Source: Folioceros fuciformis (Eukaryota). Taken from it: 58,593 bases of DNA. The DNA lies in assembly GCA_049999805.1 (NCBI GenBank), contig JBNGIO010006370.1, positions 497,212 to 555,804 of the forward strand. Direction: 5' to 3'. Of this stretch, positions 19,501-29,309 are shown piece by piece. Position 1 is the stretch's first letter; every line of letters starts with the position of its first letter. The notes beneath the pieces are model-generated. The model was not told the origin of the DNA. It saw only the letters and a program-made list of their open reading frames with translations, and did no database searches. Both the position numbers and the translations under genes were made by a program.

Positions 19501-20289
19501 GCAGCTTTGAATCTGGGAAGGCAGCTACATGCCCAGATTGTGCAACAAGGCCTTCAGGCTGATGTAGTTATAGCTGGAAGTTTGATAAATATGTACGGGA
19601 AGTCCGGCAGCACGGTCGATGCACAGCAGGTGTTTGATGCATTGCCTAACAGAGACATTGTCGCCTGGAATGCATTAATTGCAGGCTACACCATTCAAGG
19701 GCAGAGTGAAATGGTCTTCAACTTGGTCCAGAGGATGAAAGACTGTGGCACACAGCCAGACAGCGTCACGCTGCTCAGTGTACTCACAGTATGCAGTCAT
19801 GCCGGTCTGGTGAACAAGGGGCGGGAGCATTTTGAGGCTATGAGCAGAGAATACAGCGTTGCTCCCACCGAGGACCACTACACATGCATGGTGGATCTCC
19901 TATGTCGGTCGGGACAACTGGATGACGCTCTGGCCTTAGTCAGGACAATGCCTCTACTCCCAACTGCCGCAGTTTGGCACACTCTGTTGGCTGCTTCTCG
20001 AAAGTGGGGCAAGGTTGAGGTGGGACGCCATGCGTTCGACGAAGCAGTGAAGTTAGACGACAAAGACGCCGTGGCATACGTGCTCATGTCCAACATATAC
20101 ACCGGCTCCCAGATGTGGGAACAGGCACAGGAGGTACAGGTGAGGAGAACTAGAATCGGGGCATGGAAGCAACCAGGTCAGAGCTGGTGGACAGACGATG
20201 AAGGACTGGTGCATAGTTTCTTGGTCGGGGATGAACAGCATAATCCTCACAGTCGAGCAAAGTCGCAACAAAGAATGTCCCGAACTTGA
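16519..20289 (+). CDS. PPR3: PLS-class PPR protein (E/E+, WW-type PG box, no DYW) retaining half of a PDF motif
   Basis: Intronless ORF; the first ATG (16519) is homologous to the PPR1 start. ~312-nt PLS triplet period, KQPGQSWWTD and RSRQSRGALWLNKSLKPACVAAELAALD. Confidence 0.92.
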   Translation: MAVPRVAIGSRKGEEGTLWGHFSWTQECGGCTGHVLGGWSVGLNSKNQRFGQRQLGRKPARARGCLTGEDCSRQSTLLRSRQSRGALWLNKSLKPACVAAELAALDDSELCRLADDDKSVTVETVRKLCGNGRVAAAVEALEVLVELKRRIPRSLLYAVLKKCAGKKDVVLGSRVHALVMKKGFQSDTFLGFHILRMYASHGKLQDAMEVFGAVSKPDAFMWSAIISAHVKHGKDKQAIELYFRMRRTGVKGDGHVYVAALQACARASDLQSGEQVHADVLTSGLQPDLFVCNCLVSMYAKCGSLEKAQQVFDGLGHRDVVTWNALIAGYSQQGMGEKALRLYSVMQEEGVIVPNSLTFVCLLQACANVGTRALQTGKHLHAQVRERRHQADVSVANSLVSMYAKCGSLQDAQRVFDGLGHKDVVAWNAMIAGYSQQGMGQKALRLYSAMQEQGGMASPNSVTFVCLLQACASVGTPALEKGRHVHVQIKERGHEGDAFVASSLVNMYAKCGSLEDAQKVFDGCGEKNVVMWTAMIAGYSQKGLGHEALHLYNAMQEGGMAVPNSVTFVCLLQACASIGTTALEKGRLLHLQIREQGHEGDVFVANSLVNMYAKCGSLGDAQRVFDALGQKDVVTWTAMIAGYSQQGMGQEALSLYNAMQQEGMAVPNSITFVCLLQACASVGTSALEMGKHLHAKIKDQSDVVDVFVANSLVNMYAKCGSLQDAQSVFDRLGVRDVVTWTVMIAGYSQQGMGQEALHLYSAMQNEGMAAPDSVTYVCLLQACASVGTPALEMGKLLHAEIREGGHEADVFVANSLVTMYAKCGSLQTAQRVFDRLGKKDVVTWTAMIAGYSQLGKGQEALRIFSAMQEGGMAVPDSVTFVCLLQACASVGAQALAEGKQLHAQIKEGGHEADVFVANSLVSMYAKCGSLEDAQNVFDGLVQRDVVTWTAMIAGYAQQGMGQGALNLYSAMQAEGVAVPDSVTFICLMQACANVAALNLGRQLHAQIVQQGLQADVVIAGSLINMYGKSGSTVDAQQVFDALPNRDIVAWNALIAGYTIQGQSEMVFNLVQRMKDCGTQPDSVTLLSVLTVCSHAGLVNKGREHFEAMSREYSVAPTEDHYTCMVDLLCRSGQLDDALALVRTMPLLPTAAVWHTLLAASRKWGKVEVGRHAFDEAVKLDDKDAVAYVLMSNIYTGSQMWEQAQEVQVRRTRIGAWKQPGQSWWTDDEGLVHSFLVGDEQHNPHSRAKSQQRMSRT

Positions 20290-20787
20290 GGAAGAAGGAC
20301 GTGTGCCATATTTCCACTCATAACTTGCACGCATGCCCAATGTTACAAAGCCTGGCCCTTCCCCGCAAATCTCTTCCACTGACCGAGACAAGAATGTGAA
20401 AGGCAACCGTGGGCTCAGGACCTCGCTATCTTCACCCTCCTACGGAGGCTGGAAATCCAAACGCCTGGTTTGAGATGTCTGCTTCACGCTTCAAAGTTCA
20501 CTGCCGAAATCCATGACTGTTACCTGCCTGTGTCTCCTTACGGCGTTTCTTGTAACTGACTGCGACCAGATATGATTCTCTTGGCCGTTAGCAGATTTCT
20601 TTATTGTGGTGAAGCAATGAAAGATGAAACTAGGCAACAAAGATCAGCTCTGTGTTCATACCCACAACAACTCCCAGGCAACCGTAGTGTGATCAAGGGG
20701 TAACTACACTTCAATATATGTAATTTGTCTTCACAAGCGAATATTCTACGGGTCTCATTTACATTCGCACATATCCATATGCAGTAG

Positions 20788-21048
20788 CAGTTGTTGACCA
20801 GAAGAGATGCATTTCTTTTAGATAAACAAGATAGAAAATCCATCAACCCCTAAAGAGAATAATTGTTGACAAGAAGATATTCATTTATTTTAGAAAAACA
20901 AGGTGGAAAATCCATTTACCCCCTAAAGAGAGAATAGTTGTTGACAAGAATAGATTCATTTATTTTAGGAAAAAAAAGATGAAAAACCATCTTCCCCTAA
21001 AGAGAATAGTTTTTGACAAGAAGAGATCCATTTGTTTTAGAAAAACAG
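20788..21048. repeat. ~73-bp tandem repeat, about 3.5 copies
   Basis: Units of the form gttgttgacaagaagatattcatttattttagaaaaacaag...cccctaaagagaata. Related single copies at ~21795-21880 and, inverted, at ~8500-8582. Confidence 0.85.
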
Positions 21049-21139
21049 GTTTTTTACAGGGCTTCTTAGGCTCGTATTCGCTCTTATTCAAGTAAAGGAG
21101 CTGGCTCTTGGCTTTTGGCTCGACCTTGCATCTAGGCAT

Positions 21140-21660
21140 TTCGAATCGCACCAACAACTTTCGCCACTGCAATTAGGCCTTCGAATCGCACCAACAACTT
21201 TCGTGACTACAAGTGGGCCAAACCTTATTAGGTTTGTGTCACTTTATGTGGTTGTTACCAATGCTTCTAGGGATTCAATTTGCGAGCACATTGTCATCAA
21301 CCTCCTTGGATGGGTGGCGAAGGGTTGTGTATGCGCCAAAGTCCATGTGTATTCTCCTCTAAAGATGGGCATATTTTCATCCCTCTTGCTATTGACACTA
21401 TCCCTCTTGCTATATCCCACGGACAAGGACTTTTCACGGTTCATCAAAGAGCGTGAAAAGGTTTATTAGAGTCATAGAAATAGTGTTCTTCCTCTTTCCT
21501 TTGTGGTAGTCTTCTTTTGACAACACATATCCATTGCTTTCCAAAGAGCATGGGCCAATGTGGTTTTTAAAACAGCAACAAGTGCAGATCAAGCAGCTTC
21601 TTTAGCATAGGTGGTAGGCAGGCTTTTTGTTATTCCACATCGTAACATTTTGGGACTAAT
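21140..21660 (-). mobile_element. Degenerate repeat-family copy related to the 7342-8500 relic
   Basis: tgcgagcacattgtcatcaacctccttggatgggtggcgaaggg (21281) matches tgcgagcatgttattctcaactctctaggttgggtggctgaggg (8104). A 24-bp local duplication lies at 21140/21180. Confidence 0.5.
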
Positions 21661-22009
21661 AATAATTTTTGAGAATGATGTTCAAAGGGGCTAATACCCC
21701 TTTTTGGCCTTTGGCTAAACTCAAGTTGGGTCCTCCTATCTTTTTCCATCTCTTTTCCAATTATAGAAAATAAAATTAATTTGGTTGAAAGAAAATAGTT
21801 GTTAGTAAGACGAAATCCATTTATTTTATAAAAACAAGATTAAAAAACCCATCTACTCCTAAAGAAGGAGATAAATCACAATTGGGACCTTAAGGAGTTA
21901 AGTAGAATGACTACCAATAGCACCTGAAATTGTTTGTAGAGAAAAAGGGTTTAGCACCTAAAATTGTTCGTAGAGAAAAAGGGTTTAGCTACCAGTGGAG
22001 TTGTTAATG

Positions 22010-22400
22010 TTACCTCTTTTGCTAATGATATCGTCTTGTTTTGGGCCAATGATATGTCTTATATTTTGGGCACTGGCAAACACTTGAAACCCTATAATAC
22101 ATGAAAGAAGAAGACCAAGCTCATTTTTTCCAAGACTTCAAAAAAACTTGGAAGATGCCTTGCACATGTCGGGTTTAGGGTTGATTCAAATGAAAGACTA
22201 TATTGCAAAGATAAGAACCCATCACATGGAACTCAAATCCATGGCTCATGTACAAGATCATTCGGTAACTAGCCACCGCCCAACGCCCAACCCAAGGTTG
22301 ACTAGACAACGCCCAAGTTAGACCAATCAAAGTCATGGACCAAAGATTACAACTCCATGTAACAAGTTCCCATGTAGCAAAACATGGGTCCATATATGCT
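22010..22400 (+). mobile_element. Possible highly degraded LINE RT relic
   Basis: FANDIVLF (FADD-like) at ~22018 and SGLGLIQMKD (GGLGL-like) at ~22169. Both matches are very short. Confidence 0.25.
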
Positions 22401-23134
22401 ATGGTGAAATAAAATTGTCTACATGTAGATATTTATTAAATGCACGCAATTGATTGGAATGGTGAGCAAGACTTATAACACTATCAAGCTAACCTGAAAC
22501 GGACCTTCTCGACCACCTGGCGCTCCAGTCGCAATGGGAGCGGATTTATTAGATGCACAACACAAGGTGCCTGCATTTTCTCATATTCGAAGGGACATAA
22601 TCGCATAACAAGACAAAGCTTGTTAGGCTAGCTCCGCCTAGCGGTGCTTGACAAGTGTGCCGCACGCAGGTTCCAACCAAAGACTAGCTTGTAAGACAGC
22701 TCCAGCTATGAACTCTGCTGCACACAAGAAATGTGTGTCAGGCTCCCCTTGGTCTAGAACAAATCAAGGCGCAAGCTGCGGTAGCTTGCACTGCAACTGC
22801 TGGGCTGCAAAACTGCCTTTCTAGAGAGACTACAAGGGATTTGTGCAGATAGTCTGCAAAATTTGCTCCAGGGTACTTACTAACGGATTCGACTTGGGCA
22901 GATGTGGCTCCAAAAATTTCTTACAGCCCCAGCCAACTGTTTCTGCTTTCAGCATCCTTTGCCGAGGCTATATCATACAGGACTCGTTACCAACTTTGAT
23001 GCAAGAGTAAATCTGCGCTTCAGTTACTGGGGTTCAAAAAGGTACCAAGACAAAAAGTCCATCGTGCTGGTCAATTGTCTTCCAAATGAAGCATGTCGTT
23101 CCAAGGGGGTAGGTAGGTTGTGACTGCAACATCT

Positions 23135-25372
23135 TCATTTTCTCGGCGCCCGCAAGGTTGACAAATGGTCCGAAATGAAATCAAACGCCTTCGTATCCTC
23201 TTTCGGTGTTTCAACAGGACCTGAGTTCCTCGGCATCGGATCACTGGAGAAGTCAAAGCCATCACTGTACATGTTGCTCAGCCCGGGCCCATGGCTGTTC
23301 ACCATTCCTCCAACATTTCCTGCAGCTGATAAGCCACTTAGCCCGCCTGTGAGCTGTTGTGGAGGGAAAGCTGCATTCATACCACCAAGAGACACGAAAC
23401 CAGGCATAAAGCCTTGCTGCAACATGGGATTAGGGCCGGGTACCAAAGGACGAGGAATACCCCTTGAATACATGTTCATGAGCATGAGCTGTTGTTGGAG
23501 TACTGCTCCAGCTGCATAATTAGGCACCGGCATGTTGGCGTGAGAGAGAACAGGCACATCTGGCAGATTTGACGGGAAGCCGCCACTGCTCCCAGCCAGG
23601 GAAGGCTGGGACTGTTGATAAGGTTGATTTGTATGAAATTGATGCGACGAACTGCTACCATTCTGAGCACCATTGGCAGCCAAACCTGCCATCAGATTGG
23701 CGAGCCCGTCTACAGCCTCAGATCTTCCCGCTGCTGATTCTGTGGTGTTCAAAGAAAGTCCTGCAAAGAAACTGTCGTCATCTTTACTTTCCAAACCTGA
23801 CGCAGCGCCATTCAAGGAGATTCGGCCATCGGCAGCCTCCATGCCAGCAAACAAATCTGCCGCGGCAGGTTCCGGGTTAGTATCCTTCACGGGGTGGACA
23901 GCCATTCCGGCAAATGGGTCTGAGCCTTCTAGGTCAGCGTCATCCTGAAATGTAGCCGACCAGTCGCTGCTGCCTAGCATGTCACTTGGCTCTGCCCCAT
24001 CTGCTTGTTTCTGCTGCAATTCATCTCGGACAGCAGACTCATCCTTTGTGACATCAGCGTTTCCAGAGAAATCCCAGTCATTGGTGTCCAAAAGGTCTGG
24101 CAGCGGGGCAGCAACAACCGGTGCAGGAGCAACAGTTGCCACACCCGGGGGAGGCGGGGGAGGAGGCAGCTTGAGATTAACTCCCCTCCCATCTTCTGAC
24201 CCGCTGTCATCTTGTGAAACACCTAGTAGATCCAGCACCTTCTTGGTCTTCTCCCTCAGCGACAGCTGTGGAGATTTGAGGCATTCCTTCACGATACTGC
24301 TATCGTCCTCGAACAGTTCCGCAACTTTACCAAACGTCTTGACCTCCCTTTGTCTCAGTAGAGCTTCTAACACACACAAAGCTTTCAACCGGACCTGCCA
24401 CGAGTGCGCTTGCAGCTTCCTTTCCAACGCATTGCAAAGATTGAGGGCATCTAGCTTCGCTGCATCTGCAAGGAACGCCTGCAGGGCATCCCGTGTAGGG
24501 TGCAGACGCACACCCCCAGCCGCAGTGATGGTGTCTAAAAGCCTTTCCTCTTGCGTGCTCGCTCTCCTCTCAGTCGACCCTTCCCTCCCACCGCTCACCT
24601 TGGCATCACGCTCCGACGTGGAAGCCCGTGGATTCTCCGACTCCTGAGCACCAGCCACCTCCTTGGGATCGTACTTGTCATATTTGTCCCTATCACGGTC
24701 TCGCTCACGGAGCGCAGTAAGGGACCGTCTCAACCCTGTAGTAGACCCACGATGGCCCCCACCGGAGCTGCTCATGTAACCAGACGGAACGTCTACACCC
24801 TGTCCTCCAGTCACCATGTTGATCCCCTTCATCAAAGAAGCACTTCCAAACCCGATCATCCCTCCGAGTATGGTCTTGGGAGTGTCATCGGAGGGACGGT
24901 CCACGGGGGTGTTACCAAACCCCTGAATCCTCCTCCCAGCAGCTCCCGCCTCCTCTGGACTCGCTCCCGGTCGATCCTCGGCAAACAGAGCAACAAGAGC
25001 TTCTTGAGCGGTCTCCCTTACGGCCTTGTTCAGAGAATCACCTTTCAGAGCATCCATCTGGCCCCTGTAGTGCACTAACTGCCGCACTGTGCCACCCTGC
25101 CTCTGCATCTCCCTCTTGAAATCCACTCCCCCCTTCGGCGCCGCGAACTTGATCAGCCGCAGCACCTTCTGCTTTACCACGGGGCTCTTATGCTCCAGCC
25201 GCTTCATCATGTACAACACCATCTCCTTCACCACATCCGAAGACGCAGATCGCAGTGTGGAACACACCTCCTCCAGCCGATACACCGCAGCAATCTTATC
25301 ATCCTCCGTGGTCACACTATCCACCATGCGACTCCGTCGGTAGGCCTCCACGGCCCGCACGCTGGCCTCCAT
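23135..25372 (-). CDS. MTV1: ENTH/VHS-domain AP-4 accessory protein (MTV1/tepsin-like)
   Basis: 745-aa single-exon ORF. N-terminal ENTH (KRLEHKSPVVKQKVLRLIK, KGDSLNKAVRETAQEA), second VHS-like domain (EERLLDTITAAGGVRLHPTRDA, SWQVRLKALCVLEA) and C-terminal KEDTKAFDFISDHL. Confidence 0.88.
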   Translation of the reverse strand: MEASVRAVEAYRRSRMVDSVTTEDDKIAAVYRLEEVCSTLRSASSDVVKEMVLYMMKRLEHKSPVVKQKVLRLIKFAAPKGGVDFKREMQRQGGTVRQLVHYRGQMDALKGDSLNKAVRETAQEALVALFAEDRPGASPEEAGAAGRRIQGFGNTPVDRPSDDTPKTILGGMIGFGSASLMKGINMVTGGQGVDVPSGYMSSSGGGHRGSTTGLRRSLTALRERDRDRDKYDKYDPKEVAGAQESENPRASTSERDAKVSGGREGSTERRASTQEERLLDTITAAGGVRLHPTRDALQAFLADAAKLDALNLCNALERKLQAHSWQVRLKALCVLEALLRQREVKTFGKVAELFEDDSSIVKECLKSPQLSLREKTKKVLDLLGVSQDDSGSEDGRGVNLKLPPPPPPPGVATVAPAPVVAAPLPDLLDTNDWDFSGNADVTKDESAVRDELQQKQADGAEPSDMLGSSDWSATFQDDADLEGSDPFAGMAVHPVKDTNPEPAAADLFAGMEAADGRISLNGAASGLESKDDDSFFAGLSLNTTESAAGRSEAVDGLANLMAGLAANGAQNGSSSSHQFHTNQPYQQSQPSLAGSSGGFPSNLPDVPVLSHANMPVPNYAAGAVLQQQLMLMNMYSRGIPRPLVPGPNPMLQQGFMPGFVSLGGMNAAFPPQQLTGGLSGLSAAGNVGGMVNSHGPGLSNMYSDGFDFSSDPMPRNSGPVETPKEDTKAFDFISDHLSTLRAPRK

Positions 25373-26423
25373 TGAAGCAGGTCACTGCACCAGTGCAGGC
25401 CACAACAATCAGATCCCGACAGCCACTTCCGGCAAAGAAGGCCAGATCCGCACACTCTCACAAGCCTAATCTGTGCAACCTCCCGCACTCAGCTGAGCAG
25501 ATCGCCACAACAAGCTGCAGCTGGCAGGACACTCAGATCCGACGTTCACATCCGCCAAAACAGCCACGAGAAACACTGACCTGTGTGAACCAGCCCAAGA
25601 AGACGGCAGCCAGGAGAAGACTGGAAAGACGCTGGAGCCGCCGCGGCCTGTCGTCTCCAGTACGCAGCGACTAAAGGCTATGCTACGCGACCACAGACCA
25701 CGACACCTTCTCCCCTTCCGTTGTCAAGCAGCCTACCAGTTGTTTTCGTTTCCTGTTGAAGAAAATGCTAGAACCGACCCTTTACTTGAGAAAACCAAGA
25801 GAACCATCTACCTCGAGAGAAGTGAAACAAACCGCCACCAAAGCTGACCGAGCCCCCAAGGGCAACCCCCTCAACCCGCTGAGTTTAAAAATTAATCAGA
25901 GCATCCAAGATATTTTTGTCCAAAAAAGAGAGGGTCTAGCTACCATTGGAGTCGTTCATATTACCTTTCCTAAAATTGATGTTCTTCCATATATTCTATT
26001 AGCTAGGGTATGTCCATTGTAATGCAATGGAAACCCTCCATGGAAACAATGCTACAATAGAGGAAGACCAAGCCTATTTTTCTTATTGTGAACTACCTTG
26101 ATGTAATCCTTCACAAACTTGGAAAAGACCTTGTACATAACCCTATATGTCTTAACCACAAGGGGATAAAGGGAGATATAATGTGTATGGCCTGCAAAGA
26201 AGTGTACGTGTGGGTTTGGGCCGTTGAGTTCCCCTGGTGCCATCCAACCCGGGAAGTTGGGGACAACATGCTCGTAGATCAAGGTCCCTGTGGATTTGAT
26301 ACAACCATGCTTGCAGATCCAAGTATGTGTGGGTTTCATACAACCATGTTTGCAACATAAGCTTGTTTTGCCTAGATAAGGAAAGGGTCAGCCACTAGAG
26401 AAACATCATGAGAGAGCCAACGA

Positions 26424-26650
26424 CCTCCTTGACCAATGATGACATGACATCACATGTAGCATCTTGAAGAGCAGAAATTGATCGCCTTGGTCAATGATGT
26501 CATGTTGGTCAATGATGACATGACATCACACGTAGCATCTTGAAGGGCAGAAACTGATCACCTTGGCCAATGAAGACATGACATCACATGTAGCATCTTG
26601 AAGAGCGGAAACCGGCCTCCTTGGCCAATAAAGACATGATATCACACATA
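26424..26650. repeat. ~62-bp tandem repeat, about 4 copies
   Basis: Units of the form ccttggccaatgaagacatgacatcacatgtagcatcttgaagagcagaaa. Confidence 0.88.
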
Positions 26651-26782
26651 TCAATATGTTGTCACGCATACGTAGTTCATTAGTTAACAATACTCACACC
26701 ACACCACATTATATACACATTAAACATTGCACGATGATGGTGCTACAGCTCTATAAAAATGAAGTGTTTACTTCCTTCAGAC

Positions 26783-26936
26783 ACCACAAAATCTCCTCTA
26801 CCTCACCTGCATCCACATTGCTTCCGTCAGACATCACAAAATCTCCTCTACTCCACCTCCATCTACACTTCTTAGAGCTGTAACTTCATCCACACTGCTT
26901 AGAGCTGTAACTTCATCCACACTTCTTAGAGCTGTA
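26783..26936. repeat. Compound short tandem repeats (cacaaaatctcctctac x2; 27-bp tccacacttcttagagctgtaacttca x~3)
   Basis: Seen directly. Confidence 0.8.
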
Positions 26937-27332
26937 CGTTGGCTTCTCAAATCCTCAATCGGGTCACATGATCTTGCACATTGCGCACACGCACACGCAC
27001 ACTTGAACCGGATTTCCAATAAGAGAATGCTCTCTCAACAGAAAGCCTATTCTAGAAAGCAAGAAAATACAAGCTTACAATTATAGCGGACACGGCTGAG
27101 GTAGGCTTATATGCCTACTACTTGAGACTTGTTGCAGCCACATCCACACATCTAGTTGACTTCATATTATATTATATTTTCTAATCATATTCATTAAATA
27201 TTTATTAATTACCATTAACTCCATTCATTAGCATCACTTAATTATTAACTAATTAGTATTTGCATGCATCTAAACAACAGCACACAATCATGCTTGACAT
27301 TAGGGCATTGAAGTCAAGTGCTCCTTGCCCTA

Positions 27333-27457
27333 GTCCACTAGCATTGTCTACACCATGGTGTAGAGTAAGAGTATGCCATTAGCCAAGTGGTCCCAAGTCC
27401 ACTAGCATTGCCTACACCTTGGTGTAGAGGAGTAAGAGTATGCCAATAGCCAAGTGA
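27333..27457. repeat. ~63-bp tandem duplication
   Basis: agtccactagcattg.ctacacc.tggtgtagag...gtatgcca.tagccaagtg occurs twice. Confidence 0.8.
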
Positions 27458-28209
27458 TCAGGTGGTCCCTTTTAGTCATCGTGGGCTAGTTGACTATGAA
27501 CTTAGCCATGTCTTACTTATGTATGTTGTGGCTACTCCTCTACGTTCATTCAAATGAACTCTTATGCCAAATTCACAAATGCCATGATTTCTCGCAGACA
27601 CATGTACCAAGAAGGGGACTAGCCCCTAGAAAGTAGTTGCCCCAAGTATTTCATAGTATGAATTTCTTTCATCACCATACTAAGCTAAGTTTCTATAAAA
27701 GATAGAAGATGTTTATGAAATATGAAGATTTTATCTCCTACTTTATTCATTTTCACATAGCTTAGAATTTCAAAACCAAAGGTTTGGACTAAAGTAAGTG
27801 AGTTAATTGGCCAAGCCTTATAGATGTCGACCCCGACAGACAAGAGAAGAAAATAGACAAATCTACGCCACTTTTCTCAGGGAAACTAGGGACTCATTGG
27901 AGATGCATCTCCTATCCCCCAACCAAAATGGGCCCCCAACCAAAATGGGCAGTTTTGTTGGCATTGTTCTGACAATATAAGCTTTAGTAACGTGGAAATC
28001 CAAACTGAGCTTCTTGGCCTTGAATGTTAGAGAACACATGTACACTTCCTTTGATTGCAGAGAAGATGGATGTGAACACTGCAACAGGTTGTTTTTTCCT
28101 CATAGTATAGCTCGTTGCAGCCAGAGAACTATCCTACAGGGAGACCCACATTGTCACGTGCATGCGGTGCCTTCATTACTGCTGCCGGCTGCAGTTGGAA
28201 CACTGCAGC

Positions 28210-29045
28210 CTAGAGGTACTTCCTTGCCAGTGCTCGGACTCTAGTGTCGAAGTAGGCCGAAGTGATCCGAGATCCCGGCACGTACAAAGGGTTCAGCAGG
28301 ATCTGCTCATTCAGTACAAAAGGAGTCCTGTTAGAAAGTGGATGATGTTTTGGATTCTCTTCCACCAAGAAGCTCATGGACAAGCCAAGACAACCAAGCC
28401 CAGCACCTTGATGTAGAGTTCGTGAACCTCCTGGAAGAAGCTCTTGATGCCGTCTTCATTCCGCGTGTCGTGAAGCAGCATCAGTCTTGTATGTGCCAGG
28501 AGTCAAGGTAGAATGCTTTCGGAAATGTTCACGCGAAAGATAAAACAAGAATTGTAGAGTGCTACCCACCAACGAGGTGGACGCCAGAACATAGAAGGAT
28601 ATGGCCAGCGGAAACGTAAACAGACACAAGCAGGTCGTTGAATTTGTCCACCACTTTCAAAAACCTGTTCAGACAAATGGTCAGTGGGTCCCTAACAGGC
28701 TTCACAGCTGGGGACGGCGGCCTGCAGGAGGAACTTACATGGCGTTGGTGGTCCACACAGCATCCTGCACGATGTCCAGGGCCGCATGCAGAATGAACTG
28801 GTGGAGATGCGTTCCCTCGTCTTTCTACAAAGGTGTAACCTGGATCATGTTAGCTGCCAGTGAATCACCACCTCCGAGCTCACCCACATCCAATACAAAG
28901 CCACACGCTCCTGCCATGAATTTGCAAACCCTAGTCCCGCACATAGACAAGGACCCCATTGCACCTTCGGAGCAGTGCCCAATTCGCTCTCGTAAATGGG
29001 GCAGTCGTTACGGGCTACAATCACAAAGCAGGCCGTGCTGCCCAT
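28210..29045 (-). CDS. TRAPPC2: Trafficking protein particle complex subunit 2 (sedlin), 5 exons
   Basis: Exons read [27 protein letters not shown] / [29 protein letters not shown] / [20 protein letters not shown] / [29 protein letters not shown] / [30 protein letters not shown]. Confidence 0.93.
28493..28602 (-). other. U12-type AT-AC intron in TRAPPC2
   Basis: Donor ATATCCTT, branch point TACCTTGAC ~10 nt before a terminal AC. Splicing restores ...[11 protein letters not shown]. Confidence 0.9.
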
Positions 29046-29309
29046 CTGCTTCTAATTCCGCAGCACAACCAACTGCCGCAGCATGCAAGAACTCGTCACG
29101 TGCAAGAGGGGTTGCAGTACTAGAAATGCAGCTTGGGGTATCGGCTTCCAAGTCCGCAAGCACAAGCAACGGCCGCTACATGCAAGAGCCGTTTACATCG
29201 AATTCCTCAGCACAGGCAACTTTCCACAACACATACAAACTGTTAACGTATAAGAGGAGTTCCAGAACTAGTTATGCAGCTTGGTGAGTGTGCACGCCTT
29301 GCGGGTGCA

